Shown: one piece after another, positions 1 to 9,637 of the stretch
Layout of the letters: each line of letters begins with the position of its first letter
How positions within the stretch are numbered: the stretch's first letter is position 1
Source: Candidatus Altiarchaeales archaeon ex4484_2
GTDB lineage: Archaea; Altiarchaeota; Altiarchaeia; IMC4; QMZM01
DNA length: 64,000 nucleotides
Assembly (NCBI GenBank): GCA_002254565.1
Contig: NJEG01000003.1
Span: 102-64,101 of the forward strand
Direction: 5' to 3'
The notes under the pieces: model-generated
The model's database searches: none
The model's input: only the letters and a program-made list of their open reading frames with translations
What the model was told of the DNA's origin: nothing
Made by a program: the position numbers and the translations under genes

Positions 1-1
1 G

Positions 2-2899
2 CCGGCTGACGGGTCAGTTGATGCAGACACTAACGTGGTGTTCAGGTACACGGCCAGCGATACAGTGGCTTCGCAATTAAACTGCACCCTGTACCATAAT
101 GTCTCAGGCATCTTCACCGAAAACGGAAGCCAGCTGATCAGTTCAGGAGCAACGGGTTCGTTCACACGAAACAATCTCCCCGACGGAGGCATTGTATGGA
201 ATATACTGTGTGACGATAGCTATCACACAGCCTATGCGACGGGGAACTGGAGTTTAACAATCAATTCCTCAGCCGTAGACCTGTACCTGGGTTCCGGGGA
301 CATAGTTTTCAGCAACGACAACCCGACGGAAGGGAATAATGTAGATGTGACTGTGACTGTGCATAACGGCGGGGTGGGCAGCTACAGCAGCTTTCAGGTC
401 CGGTTTCTGGTGGATAACGTAACCCAGGATACTAACACGATGTCTGTTGGCGGCGGCGCAACAAACTCTACAGCATTCACGTGGACTGCTGTGAAAGGGG
501 ATCATACGGTAACAATAGCGGTAGACCCGCTGAATGCAGTCTCTGAATTAAATGAGTCAAACAACAACGCCTCCCGGGGTATTATTGTGTCAGGTGCAGG
601 GTCACCTGATGAGGACATGTTTATTTCTGTGGAAGGGGACTGTGTGAATGAATCAGTAACAATATCTCTGGAGGATGATACAGGTGATCCATTGGAGGAT
701 GTGCACGTGGAGGTCTATTATGATGGAGGGGAGGTGTTTGATGACTACACGGACGGCAGCGGAGAGGTTTCTTTTGTTCCTGAATCAGCTGGCAGCTACG
801 ATGTGGATGCAGAGAAAACAGGATACAGTGATGTGAGCGATTCATTCACCATAGACCTCTGTGTGTCCTGCACGGACGGCGTTCAAAACCAGGATGAGAC
901 AGACATAGACTGCGGTGGAAGTATTTGTCCTGCGTGCGAAGACGGCGGAGGATGTATGGTGGACGAGGACTGTGTCTCGGGTTGGTGCTTTAACGGCAGT
1001 TGTCGGACGAGCACCTGCGTGGATGGCATACAGGGGCCAGCTGAGGTAGGTGTGGACTGCGGGGGGCCATGCCCGCCCTGCGGATCATGCAACGACAGCA
1101 TCCTGAACCAGGATGAAACTGACGTAGACTGTGGTGGAAGCATCTGTCCGCCTTGTGGGGATGGAGATGGTTGTTTGGTGGATGAAGACTGTGAATCCGG
1201 TTACTGCTATAATGGAACCTGTATGACCCCCACATGCTTTGACGGAATAATAAACCAGGATGAGACTGACGTGGACTGCGGCGGCTTAATCTGTCCGCCG
1301 TGCGGGGACGGAAGCGATTGCAGTGTTGATGCTGACTGCGTGAGCGGGTACTGCTACAATGGCACCTGTGTAACTCCCTCCTGCTTCGATGGAATAATGA
1401 ACCAGGATGAGTCAGGCGTGGACTGCGGAGGAAGCTGCGTCCCCTGTCACTGTTTTAATGGTTTATTGGATGAGGATGAATCAGGTGTGGACTGCGGAGG
1501 AAGCTGCCCCCCATGCGGCTGCTTCAATGGTTTATTGGATGGTAATGAGTCAGATGTGGACTGCGGCGGAAGCTGTCCACCGTGTGGAGACGGAAACAGT
1601 TGTGTGGTGGACTCTGATTGCATAAGCGGCTGGTGTTACTATGGAGTTTGTGAAACCCCCTCCTGCAGCGACGGATTCACTAATCAAGGTGAGGAGGGTG
1701 TTGACTGCGGGGGACCCTGTTTACCATGTCATTGCTTTAACAGGGTGCGGGACGCGAACGAGTCAGGTGTGGACTGCGGCGGAGAATGCCCCCCATGCAG
1801 GAAGGTTGCTTTGGTTGTTAATGTAACTGAAGGAAATCTGAGTTTTAATAAGACCATAACCCTGAATGTAACGCCCCTGTGCCTTAATATGCGGCTTGAT
1901 AGAGGCGAATCAGATATCGATTGCGGCGGACCCTGCCTGCCTTGCATGGACGGGAGGAATTGTTCCCTGAACTCAGATTGTGTGAACGGCTGGTGTTACT
2001 ATGGAGTGTGCAGGTCCTCTTTCTGTGATGACCTGTTGCTGGGTCCGTTGGAGGAAAAAATTGACTGCGGCGGACCCTGTGATGCTTGCCCCTATCTGAA
2101 GCTCGAGGAAGAATATGTTGCAGGCGAAAACGTTTCCTTGGTGGTTATTAATCCAAGGAAGGGTTTGCTTGTGAAAATAATTCATCTCGGTGATGGCTAT
2201 GAGATTGTTAATGTCTCCGGCTTCGGTTTATCGAGTTACTGGGTTATGTCGTATGTGTTTAATCGGAGCGGTGTTTATTCAGTTGATTTGATTGGTTATG
2301 GATTTGTTGGGTATGATTCAAGGGAGGTTCGTGTGCGTAGCCGGAGTGTATTTGTTCTACCCACGCTGCCTGCTGTGAGCGAGGAGGCAGTACGCAGTCT
2401 GCTGGTTCCCCTACTGGTGTTGGCTGCGATACTGCTTTATTTTATGGGCAGGAGGAAGGATGTTGTTGCTGATGGATCTGGGTTACAGGGTTTGGTTGAT
2501 TCAGGCAGGATTAAGAGCTATGGCAGAGTATACACCACCTATGAGGTTGCGGGCCGGTTCCCTGATGTTGATAACCTGGAGGTTATGGAATTATCTGAGG
2601 CTGAGGTTGATCGAGCAGAGGATCTGGTTGAGAGATTTGATGTGTCTCTTGATGAGGCGAGGTTGTTGGTTCTCTGTAATAAGTTGAGGGCGAAAACGTT
2701 TTTTGTCAGAGGTGATTTCCCGGAGGAGGTTGATGGCATGGTCAAGAGCGTTAGGGTTGTGAGAGCAGGTAGCGGTCCGGGGGATTACATGAAAATAGGT
2801 GATGAGGTCTCTGGCAAAAGAGACAGGGAATTAAGACAGGGGAGAGGGAGGAGAGGGGGGGAAGCTGAGGGTAAGATGAAGGGGAAGCAGAAGCAATAG
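2..2899 (+). CDS. Giant cell-surface protein, truncated at its 5' end by the window edge. It has a CARDB-like domain, an Ig-like/carboxypeptidase-regulatory-like domain, 11 Cys-rich DCGG modules, one TM helix and a basic cytoplasmic tail.
   Basis: The frame is open from base 2, with no stop upstream of the tracked M at 35. CARDB-like pattern: VDVTVTVHNGG...HTVTIAVDPLNAVSELNESNN. There are 11 repeats of C-x12-13-DCGG-x1-2-C-x2-C. TM helix LLVPLLVLAAILLYFMG is followed by RRK. Confidence 0.8.
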   Translation, partial: PADGSVDADTNVVFRYTASDTVASQLNCTLYHNVSGIFTENGSQLISSGATGSFTRNNLPDGGIVWNILCDDSYHTAYATGNWSLTINSSAVDLYLGSGDIVFSNDNPTEGNNVDVTVTVHNGGVGSYSSFQVRFLVDNVTQDTNTMSVGGGATNSTAFTWTAVKGDHTVTIAVDPLNAVSELNESNNNASRGIIVSGAGSPDEDMFISVEGDCVNESVTISLEDDTGDPLEDVHVEVYYDGGEVFDDYTDGSGEVSFVPESAGSYDVDAEKTGYSDVSDSFTIDLCVSCTDGVQNQDETDIDCGGSICPACEDGGGCMVDEDCVSGWCFNGSCRTSTCVDGIQGPAEVGVDCGGPCPPCGSCNDSILNQDETDVDCGGSICPPCGDGDGCLVDEDCESGYCYNGTCMTPTCFDGIINQDETDVDCGGLICPPCGDGSDCSVDADCVSGYCYNGTCVTPSCFDGIMNQDESGVDCGGSCVPCHCFNGLLDEDESGVDCGGSCPPCGCFNGLLDGNESDVDCGGSCPPCGDGNSCVVDSDCISGWCYYGVCETPSCSDGFTNQGEEGVDCGGPCLPCHCFNRVRDANESGVDCGGECPPCRKVALVVNVTEGNLSFNKTITLNVTPLCLNMRLDRGESDIDCGGPCLPCMDGRNCSLNSDCVNGWCYYGVCRSSFCDDLLLGPLEEKIDCGGPCDACPYLKLEEEYVAGENVSLVVINPRKGLLVKIIHLGDGYEIVNVSGFGLSSYWVMSYVFNRSGVYSVDLIGYGFVGYDSREVRVRSRSVFVLPTLPAVSEEAVRSLLVPLLVLAAILLYFMGRRKDVVADGSGLQGLVDSGRIKSYGRVYTTYEVAGRFPDVDNLEVMELSEAEVDRAEDLVERFDVSLDEARLLVLCNKLRAKTFFVRGDFPEEVDGMVKSVRVVRAGSGPGDYMKIGDEVSGKRDRELRQGRGRRGGEAEGKMKGKQKQ
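869..2089 (+). repeat. In-gene array of 11 Cys-rich modules. Five are extended by a second Cys module. Units are 72-150 bp.
   Basis: The string aaccaggatga(g/a)ac.gac.t.gactg.gg recurs at 887, 1106, 1253 and 1400. The protein motif [VI]DCGG-x-C-x2-C occurs 11 times. Confidence 0.85.
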
Positions 2900-3006
2900 C
2901 GGAGCATGTAGGTGGATAGAACAAATCCCGGGTAGATAATTCAGTCTTTTTAAGTCCTGTATCCAATAGTTATACTTATTTATAAGTTGGTTGATTAAAT
3001 AAAAAA

Positions 3007-5019
3007 ATGAAAAAGCTGTCTGTGTTGTGTTTTTTAGTGCTCTTGTTGTCCTCTCACGCGTATGCCAGGTACATCACGGACATTGAAACAGACCCTGATG
3101 AGATAGAGCCTGGTGATAGCTTCTCTGTTATTGTGGAATTGAAAAGCACTAACTGGGCTAAAACCGTCAACTTCTATCTGGATGATATCTTATTCGACTC
3201 CAGGAATCTGGGAAGCGATGAAAAAAAAGTGGAGAGCATTGAATGGGACACCGGTGATAAGGGAACAGAATGTGGACCACATCAGCTAACAATCCAGATA
3301 ACGAGAAGAACAGGGGAGATAGTAGAAAACGAGACCATGAAGATAGATGTAGGTAACGTGCCATCGCTCGAGTTCTACCCGGATAAACCCAACCCCGATA
3401 AAACGATTACACTCAAATTCACGGATAAAAAAACGGGTGAGGGCATAACTAACGCTAACATCAAAATCACCAAGCTCAGGGATATTGATGATATAGAATA
3501 CACTGGAAAAACAAACGCCCAAGGTGAGATGTCTTTCACCACAAGTAAGCTGGGTGAATACAGGATGGAGATGGAATCCAGAGAGCACTGCATATCCAGA
3601 AACTTCTGGATTAAGAAGAATATGCTAACCGACGGACCCCACCCAGAGAAGCCGGTTGTTGGTAGCTTAATAAGCTTTGCCGTGCCCCCAGGCGTGGGTG
3701 TGAAGGTAGCAGACCACACGGGCAGGATAATCAAAACAGCTTCTACTAGCATAACAGGGGGGGTTAATTTCACACTAAATCAGGCAGGTAACTATACTGT
3801 GATTATTGGAGAGATAAGCACGGAATACTGGGGGAAGAATGTAAGCTTCAGCGTGTACGATAAACTCACTCCCTCAATAGAGGTTTCCCCGGACAAAGCA
3901 GTAGTTAGCTCACCTATCAAGTTATATGTTTCAGTACCGGGGCAGCCCCTTGATCCTATTGGAGGATTGGAGGTGGAGGTGAAAAAACCAACGGGGGAGA
4001 AAAGCATTTACCTAGCAGACGAGGAGGGTTTTGTGGAATTCACCCCGCTTATAGTTGGAGAGTATATTGTGAAGATTGAGCGAGAGGATTTGAGGACTGT
4101 AACCAAGAGTATCAACGTCTTAAACTCCTTTAACGTGGACTTGGTGGGTGGGGAGTTCATGGTAAATGAAAAGATTGATGTTGTGGTAAAAGACCAGGGT
4201 AATGTTTTGGTGAATGATGTAAGTATTACGGTTGATGGGACCGGAGTAAGTGGTTTAACAAGTAGCAACGGCGGGTTTTGTTTCAATATTACGGGTATGG
4301 GAGAATACCTGTTGAGCGTGACCAAGGAAGGTTTCTGGCCTGCACAGGAGAGATTTAATGTCACAGGTTATCTCTTCATTAATCTGAGCAGGGATGAGAT
4401 TGAGATCGGAAACAGTGTTGAGATACACACCTACGACGGGGATGGTGTTGAGGTTGGCGCTGAATTAACATCCCTGACTCCAGACAAAAGAACAGTAGAG
4501 ATATCAGAGAACATATACACTCCAGGGGAGGTTGGTGATTACACCATAAAAGCATCCAAGAGGATGTACAAGGATGCTCAATCGAAGTTGGTTGTTTACC
4601 CGCATGATATTGAGGTATATAGCAACGTAAGCGATAACATCCTGACTATCAGGATTGAAAGTCAGAATAATCCAGTGGAAGGGATGTCTGTTTTACTTGA
4701 AACATCTGATGGGACCATAGATCTGGTAACTAATTCAGAGGGCATGGCAGAGTATAGATTCAAGGATGCTGGCGTGGTTACCGTAAACGCAAACCTTGTA
4801 GATGGCATAAGGAACTACAGGACAAAGAGTGTGAGCTTTAGAATCTACAGGGAATATGATTACATGGTTCTTGTGCTGGTTATAGGCATGATTGTGGCCG
4901 TGACAATAGCCTGCTTAATACTTGTGAACAAAAGCAGCCAGAGTATTCCTGAGGAAAAAACAAAGAAGGAGGATACCTTGGAAAGAGAGAAAAGCAAAAG
5001 CCGGCTTTCAAAGGTTTAG
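3007..5019 (+). CDS. Secreted, C-terminally membrane-anchored surface protein with multiple Ig-like (carboxypeptidase-regulatory/PEGA-like) repeats; paralog 1 of 3.
   Basis: Signal peptide MKKLSVLCFLVLLLSSHAYA. Recurrent T-x-x-x-G-x-x-x-F...G-x-Y-x-[IV] repeats. C-terminal TM helix MVLVLVIGMIVAVTIACLILV followed by a K/E-rich tail ending RLSKV. Confidence 0.75.
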   Translation: MKKLSVLCFLVLLLSSHAYARYITDIETDPDEIEPGDSFSVIVELKSTNWAKTVNFYLDDILFDSRNLGSDEKKVESIEWDTGDKGTECGPHQLTIQITRRTGEIVENETMKIDVGNVPSLEFYPDKPNPDKTITLKFTDKKTGEGITNANIKITKLRDIDDIEYTGKTNAQGEMSFTTSKLGEYRMEMESREHCISRNFWIKKNMLTDGPHPEKPVVGSLISFAVPPGVGVKVADHTGRIIKTASTSITGGVNFTLNQAGNYTVIIGEISTEYWGKNVSFSVYDKLTPSIEVSPDKAVVSSPIKLYVSVPGQPLDPIGGLEVEVKKPTGEKSIYLADEEGFVEFTPLIVGEYIVKIEREDLRTVTKSINVLNSFNVDLVGGEFMVNEKIDVVVKDQGNVLVNDVSITVDGTGVSGLTSSNGGFCFNITGMGEYLLSVTKEGFWPAQERFNVTGYLFINLSRDEIEIGNSVEIHTYDGDGVEVGAELTSLTPDKRTVEISENIYTPGEVGDYTIKASKRMYKDAQSKLVVYPHDIEVYSNVSDNILTIRIESQNNPVEGMSVLLETSDGTIDLVTNSEGMAEYRFKDAGVVTVNANLVDGIRNYRTKSVSFRIYREYDYMVLVLVIGMIVAVTIACLILVNKSSQSIPEEKTKKEDTLEREKSKSRLSKV

Positions 5020-5051
5020 GGAATTTTTATACCAGTCATCAATAAGTTAAC

Positions 5052-7343
5052 ATGAATCCTAAATTAGTTCTTGTTGTTTTTTGTTTGGCTATTTTGTTGA
5101 GCACAGTCCACGCAGAGCATGTGGATATTGATGGAATCGTTGTGGAACTCTCAAAAGATGCTAACAACAGCGCATCATCCCTTACCATAAAGCCAGGGGA
5201 GGATTTCAACGTGCACACCATCCTGAAGAACGCGGACAGGGATGGTGATAGTGTTGAAGTTTATCTTAGGATATACATTAATGACGTTCTGGTATATGAT
5301 AGGGGTAAATACATAAACACGAATGAACTGGAAGACTACGAGCTTGTTGTCTCCTCAGACAGGTTTCTCAGCGTATGGGAGAAAACCTTCATGGGATATG
5401 AATGCAAAACCAGTGAAGTGAAGGTTGAGGCCTACGGGGATGTGCCCAATAACGTTGACACAGCAGAACTAAAAATTGAGGGTGTTAAATGGTTTGATGA
5501 AGCAAGGGTTATTCCGCCGGACCCTGATAAAAACGACCTTATATTCGTTTACGTCGAGGACTGGTTAAATGAAAGCGATATTGATGACTTTAAAGAAGGT
5601 GCTGAGCCGCTGGAGGATGCCTATGTCAAGGTTATTAACCTGGGAGAGAACCAGCAGTGGGATGAAAGCGATGACTTCGACGGCTTCAGGACAGACGATG
5701 ACGGTTTTGTTAGGTTAACACTATCCAAGCAGAGGGAGTTCCAGGCAGACCCCTACGGCGAATATCTCGTATTGATTCTGGAGAAGAAATCGGGCAAAGA
5801 CTATGGGGAATACTGTAGATTCGAGCACAGCTTCACCATAGGACACTACATAAACATAAGCATTGAACCAGAGAATCCGAAAGAGGGTGAACCTATTAAG
5901 GTGAAAGTACTGGATGATGAGAATGTTAGCGTGCCTTTCGTCCTTTTAACTGTCAGCGGACCGCAGGGGATGGTATTGCAGACAACAACAGACGAAAACG
6001 GCGAGGCAACATTAACCATAAACGGCAGCGGCATACACAGCATAAATGCCCTAAGAGAGGGTTGTGAGGAATGCGCTAACTCTGTATCCAGGTGGTTTGA
6101 GGTCATAGGCAAAGGGAAACTACAACTGGATATCAGCCCAAAAAATGTGGAAGTAGGAAATAACGTGATTATGGAGGTATCCAACGATAAAGGAGAGAAG
6201 ATATGTGAAGCTAATGTGACCATAGTACTCCCCAACGGCACATCAGTCATGGGAGACAGCACCAACAGATACGGGTTTTCAAATTATATACCAAAGGAAC
6301 CGGGGGAATACATTGCCCTAGTTGAAAAAACCACCTACCGTAAGGTAACAGAAAGCTTTAGAGCCTTCAACTTGTTCAGGATGGATATACCTGGGGAAAT
6401 CCGGATAGGTGAGGAACATAATGTCACTGTTAGAAACCAGATGGGTGAGCCGGTATCTGAAACGGATGTTTTCATAGAGAAGCTTAACACATCCAAGCTG
6501 GATTTAACCGTTGAAGAGCTGTATGAAAGCTTTCTGAACTACACCACCTCACCGAATGAAACCAGCCCCTATTATAATATCTCCCAGATCGAAACAGACA
6601 TGAACGGATCATTTAATCTCTTGCTGGATGAGAATGGATTTTATAGGATTGGCTTCAGCAAGAATGACTACATGAACAAAACAGTGAGGGTAACGGCCGT
6701 TAATCAGCTAAGCCTGCAGCTTAGTTCCCAGAAGAGTGGTATGGGGGAAAGCATCACATTATCCGTATTTGACCTGGGTGATAATCCACTGAATGCGTCG
6801 ATAAAAATCAATGACCCACGAAACAAGGTCGAGATAGTAGAGGGTAGCCTTTATGAATACACCCCACCTTTCCCAGGAGACTATGTTATAGAAGCCAGTA
6901 GGGAGGGTTATTCAACAGATGAAAAAAACCTCAGTGTTTCCCCTTATCCAGTGGATGTAGATGCTGAGGTGGAAGGCAACTACCTGGTTATAAAAGCAAA
7001 AAGCGGGGGTGAGCCATTAACTAACATCAAGATTGAAATAATCACCCCAGATAACAAGAGAGTTGACACCTACACCGACGAGGAAGGCATAGTTAACCTT
7101 GATTTGGCTGCTTTGGATCGGAGGGGGAATTTCACCCTCAGGGTGAGGAGTAGAAACTATGAGAGTAAAGAGATTGTGAAGGAGATAACCGGGTGGGGTG
7201 GATTTGATTTCATAGGATTGATTCCCTGGTTCATGGGGGGGGTGTTTCTGGCATTGATAAGCTTTCTGGGTTATAGGTTCTATGAAAAAAAGGAAGCCAG
7301 GAAGAGGATGAAGAGGCTTAGGAAGATTAGACGTCGGCGGTAG
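5052..7343 (+). CDS. Secreted, membrane-anchored Ig-like repeat surface protein; paralog 2 of 3.
   Basis: Signal peptide MNPKLVLVVFCLAILLSTVHA. It shares W-x-x-x-F-[ML]-GY-[ED]-C and KEITGWGG motifs with paralog 3. C-terminal TM helix and an R/K tail. Confidence 0.75.
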   Translation: MNPKLVLVVFCLAILLSTVHAEHVDIDGIVVELSKDANNSASSLTIKPGEDFNVHTILKNADRDGDSVEVYLRIYINDVLVYDRGKYINTNELEDYELVVSSDRFLSVWEKTFMGYECKTSEVKVEAYGDVPNNVDTAELKIEGVKWFDEARVIPPDPDKNDLIFVYVEDWLNESDIDDFKEGAEPLEDAYVKVINLGENQQWDESDDFDGFRTDDDGFVRLTLSKQREFQADPYGEYLVLILEKKSGKDYGEYCRFEHSFTIGHYINISIEPENPKEGEPIKVKVLDDENVSVPFVLLTVSGPQGMVLQTTTDENGEATLTINGSGIHSINALREGCEECANSVSRWFEVIGKGKLQLDISPKNVEVGNNVIMEVSNDKGEKICEANVTIVLPNGTSVMGDSTNRYGFSNYIPKEPGEYIALVEKTTYRKVTESFRAFNLFRMDIPGEIRIGEEHNVTVRNQMGEPVSETDVFIEKLNTSKLDLTVEELYESFLNYTTSPNETSPYYNISQIETDMNGSFNLLLDENGFYRIGFSKNDYMNKTVRVTAVNQLSLQLSSQKSGMGESITLSVFDLGDNPLNASIKINDPRNKVEIVEGSLYEYTPPFPGDYVIEASREGYSTDEKNLSVSPYPVDVDAEVEGNYLVIKAKSGGEPLTNIKIEIITPDNKRVDTYTDEEGIVNLDLAALDRRGNFTLRVRSRNYESKEIVKEITGWGGFDFIGLIPWFMGGVFLALISFLGYRFYEKKEARKRMKRLRKIRRRR

Positions 7344-7425
7344 ACACCAGAGAGTGTCTCTATCATTAAATATTTATATGGTGAGATACCTAATTCTTTA
7401 TTGTATTATTTATCTAGTTGAGAAA

Positions 7426-9591
7426 ATGAAACCTAAACACCTGTTAATCACTGCACTGGCTTTAACGGTTTTTATTGCAACAACCTGCTACGCAACCTCT
7501 GTTAAGTTGGATGATATGGGGGTTGAATTCCACTCGAACGGTGATGATAGTTTGGATATAGACGTGGGGGATGGATTCCAGCTTGATATTATATTAACGC
7601 CAGATGAAAACGAAAGCGATGTGGATATCAAGGTTGATGTATACTTCGACGATATCCTGGTCTTGGATGGATACAAAGAAGATAACGTTGATCTAGAGGA
7701 GGGTGTGGATTACACCATCTCACTTGATGAAGGAGACTTCGACAGTATCTGGGATAACCTCTTTTTGGGCTATGATTGCGGAGACCATGAGATTGAGGTG
7801 AAAGTCTACGATGACGTAGATGATGAGCAGGATACAGTCGACTTAGAGATTGAAGGTGATGAATTTAATACAGTAACCATCACACCTGAAAGCCCTGGCG
7901 TGGATGAGGAAATAACCGTCTATGTGGAGGATGAGGACGGAGATGAGATGGACCGGGCCTACATAAAGATATTCCACCTTGGAGATGACGAAACATGGGA
8001 TGAAGACGACGAAGACACCTACGAGAGAACAGAATATGACGGGGAGGCGACATTCACCCTGGAAGATGAATTCGACCCGGCAATCGGAAGATACCTTTTT
8101 ATTGTAGTGGAGAGCAGCGGTGGAGGCAGCTACTGTAGAGAGACAACCGAATTAAGTCTTAAAAAAGAGCTTGTAATAGGAGAGTTACCGCAGGAAATAA
8201 GAGCAGGGGAGGTGATGGAGTTAAAGATTCTGGACCCCAACGATAATCCCGTACCATACGCTGACGTTACCGTAAGCGGTCAAGGATTTAGCGAAACAAA
8301 ATCCACTGACGGTAACGGATATGTATACTTCACAATCGAGGAAACCGGCGGTTATAGCATACTAGCCACAAAAACAGACTTTGATGACAGTCTCATTAAA
8401 CACTTCACTGTGAAGCCACGAAGTGATATGAACATTGAGGTAGGTCCGGATGATGCCCTGGTCGGTGAACAGCTGACTGTGACAGTCTCATCCAGCGGTG
8501 AGGCGGTGGAGAGTGCTGAAGTCAGGATTAAGAAACCAGACGGTATCTTTGAGTCAACCAGGAGAACCTCATCTAGCGGCGTAATCACTTATATCCCACA
8601 GGCTGTTGGAGTCTATGAAATAGAGGTAAGTAAGGAAAGCTATGAAACCGCGGTAAAGAAACATGTTGTATCCGATGAATTTCAGGTGCAGTTGGAGGGC
8701 TCGGTTTTAATAAACGAAAACATCCCCATAACAGTAAAAGACCATAAAGGTAACGCTGTGAAGGATGCCATAGTATCCATCAGGGGAGTTAAGATTGCGC
8801 AGACAGATAGCTTGGGGAAAGCCTCTTTCGTAATCGAAAGCTCAGGAACATATACCGTTGGCGTAAGCAAAGAGGGTTTCAAGGAGTTCAGCAGGGAAAT
8901 AACAGCTGAGGGAAGCCTTAAAGTGGAGTTAAGTAAATCAGAGATAGGCCTTGATGAAACAGTTACCATAACAGTGAAGGATATGAGAGACCAGGCTATT
9001 GAGGCTGAGATAACCATAGATGAACCTGATAGGGGAAGCACTATGGAAACAGCAAGCGAATTCACCTTCGCACCGGAAACAGCAGGTAAACACGAGGTTA
9101 GAGTAAACAGAAGAGGTTATAGTCCGTGTACCACGGAATTCACGGTCGAACCCTACCAGGTTAAGCTCTCATCTGAGGTATCAGGCAACTATCTCATCGT
9201 TATAGCAAAAAGAAACAATGAACCGGTAAGTAATCTTACTGTGTCAGTGACTCCCCCCAGCTCAGATGAGTTGTTCATGTACACGGACAGAAACGGAATA
9301 GCTAGAATGGATCTGGAGCAGCTGGGGGAGAAGGGGAATTTCACAATAACACTTGATGAAACAAACTACGAGTCAGATATCATAGTAAAGGAGATAACCG
9401 GGTGGGGGGGTGTTGATTTAGTGGGACTTATCATGTGGGTTCTGATAGCGTTTATTGTCATCTTGGCTGCTGCTATAGCCTTCGTGTACCTTAAGGGAAA
9501 AGATAAACTCCCTGCAAAAAAGGTGGGAAAAGTCCCGGATAGAAGAATGCCCGGTAAACGTGAGGGTAAAACCAGATTAGGTAAGGTTTAG
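7426..9591 (+). CDS. Secreted, membrane-anchored Ig-like repeat surface protein; paralog 3 of 3, with a very acidic N-terminal third.
   Basis: I prefer the start at the internal ATG 7426 (MKPKHLLITALALTVFIATTCYA, a canonical signal peptide) over the tracked 7354. KEITGWGGVD anchor motif, TM helix, and a tail ending RLGKV. Confidence 0.75.
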   Translation: MKPKHLLITALALTVFIATTCYATSVKLDDMGVEFHSNGDDSLDIDVGDGFQLDIILTPDENESDVDIKVDVYFDDILVLDGYKEDNVDLEEGVDYTISLDEGDFDSIWDNLFLGYDCGDHEIEVKVYDDVDDEQDTVDLEIEGDEFNTVTITPESPGVDEEITVYVEDEDGDEMDRAYIKIFHLGDDETWDEDDEDTYERTEYDGEATFTLEDEFDPAIGRYLFIVVESSGGGSYCRETTELSLKKELVIGELPQEIRAGEVMELKILDPNDNPVPYADVTVSGQGFSETKSTDGNGYVYFTIEETGGYSILATKTDFDDSLIKHFTVKPRSDMNIEVGPDDALVGEQLTVTVSSSGEAVESAEVRIKKPDGIFESTRRTSSSGVITYIPQAVGVYEIEVSKESYETAVKKHVVSDEFQVQLEGSVLINENIPITVKDHKGNAVKDAIVSIRGVKIAQTDSLGKASFVIESSGTYTVGVSKEGFKEFSREITAEGSLKVELSKSEIGLDETVTITVKDMRDQAIEAEITIDEPDRGSTMETASEFTFAPETAGKHEVRVNRRGYSPCTTEFTVEPYQVKLSSEVSGNYLIVIAKRNNEPVSNLTVSVTPPSSDELFMYTDRNGIARMDLEQLGEKGNFTITLDETNYESDIIVKEITGWGGVDLVGLIMWVLIAFIVILAAAIAFVYLKGKDKLPAKKVGKVPDRRMPGKREGKTRLGKV

Positions 9592-9637
9592 CTTTAATTC
9601 ATTTATTACCTCACTTTCTTATTTCTTATTTAATAGG

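Noticed and set aside
7354-7425. The upstream extension of surface paralog 3 as tracked (start at 7354).
   Set aside because: The extension, MSLSLNIYMVRYLILYCIIYLVEK, is AT-rich promoter-like sequence. The internal ATG at 7426 gives a canonical signal peptide parallel to paralogs 1 and 2.
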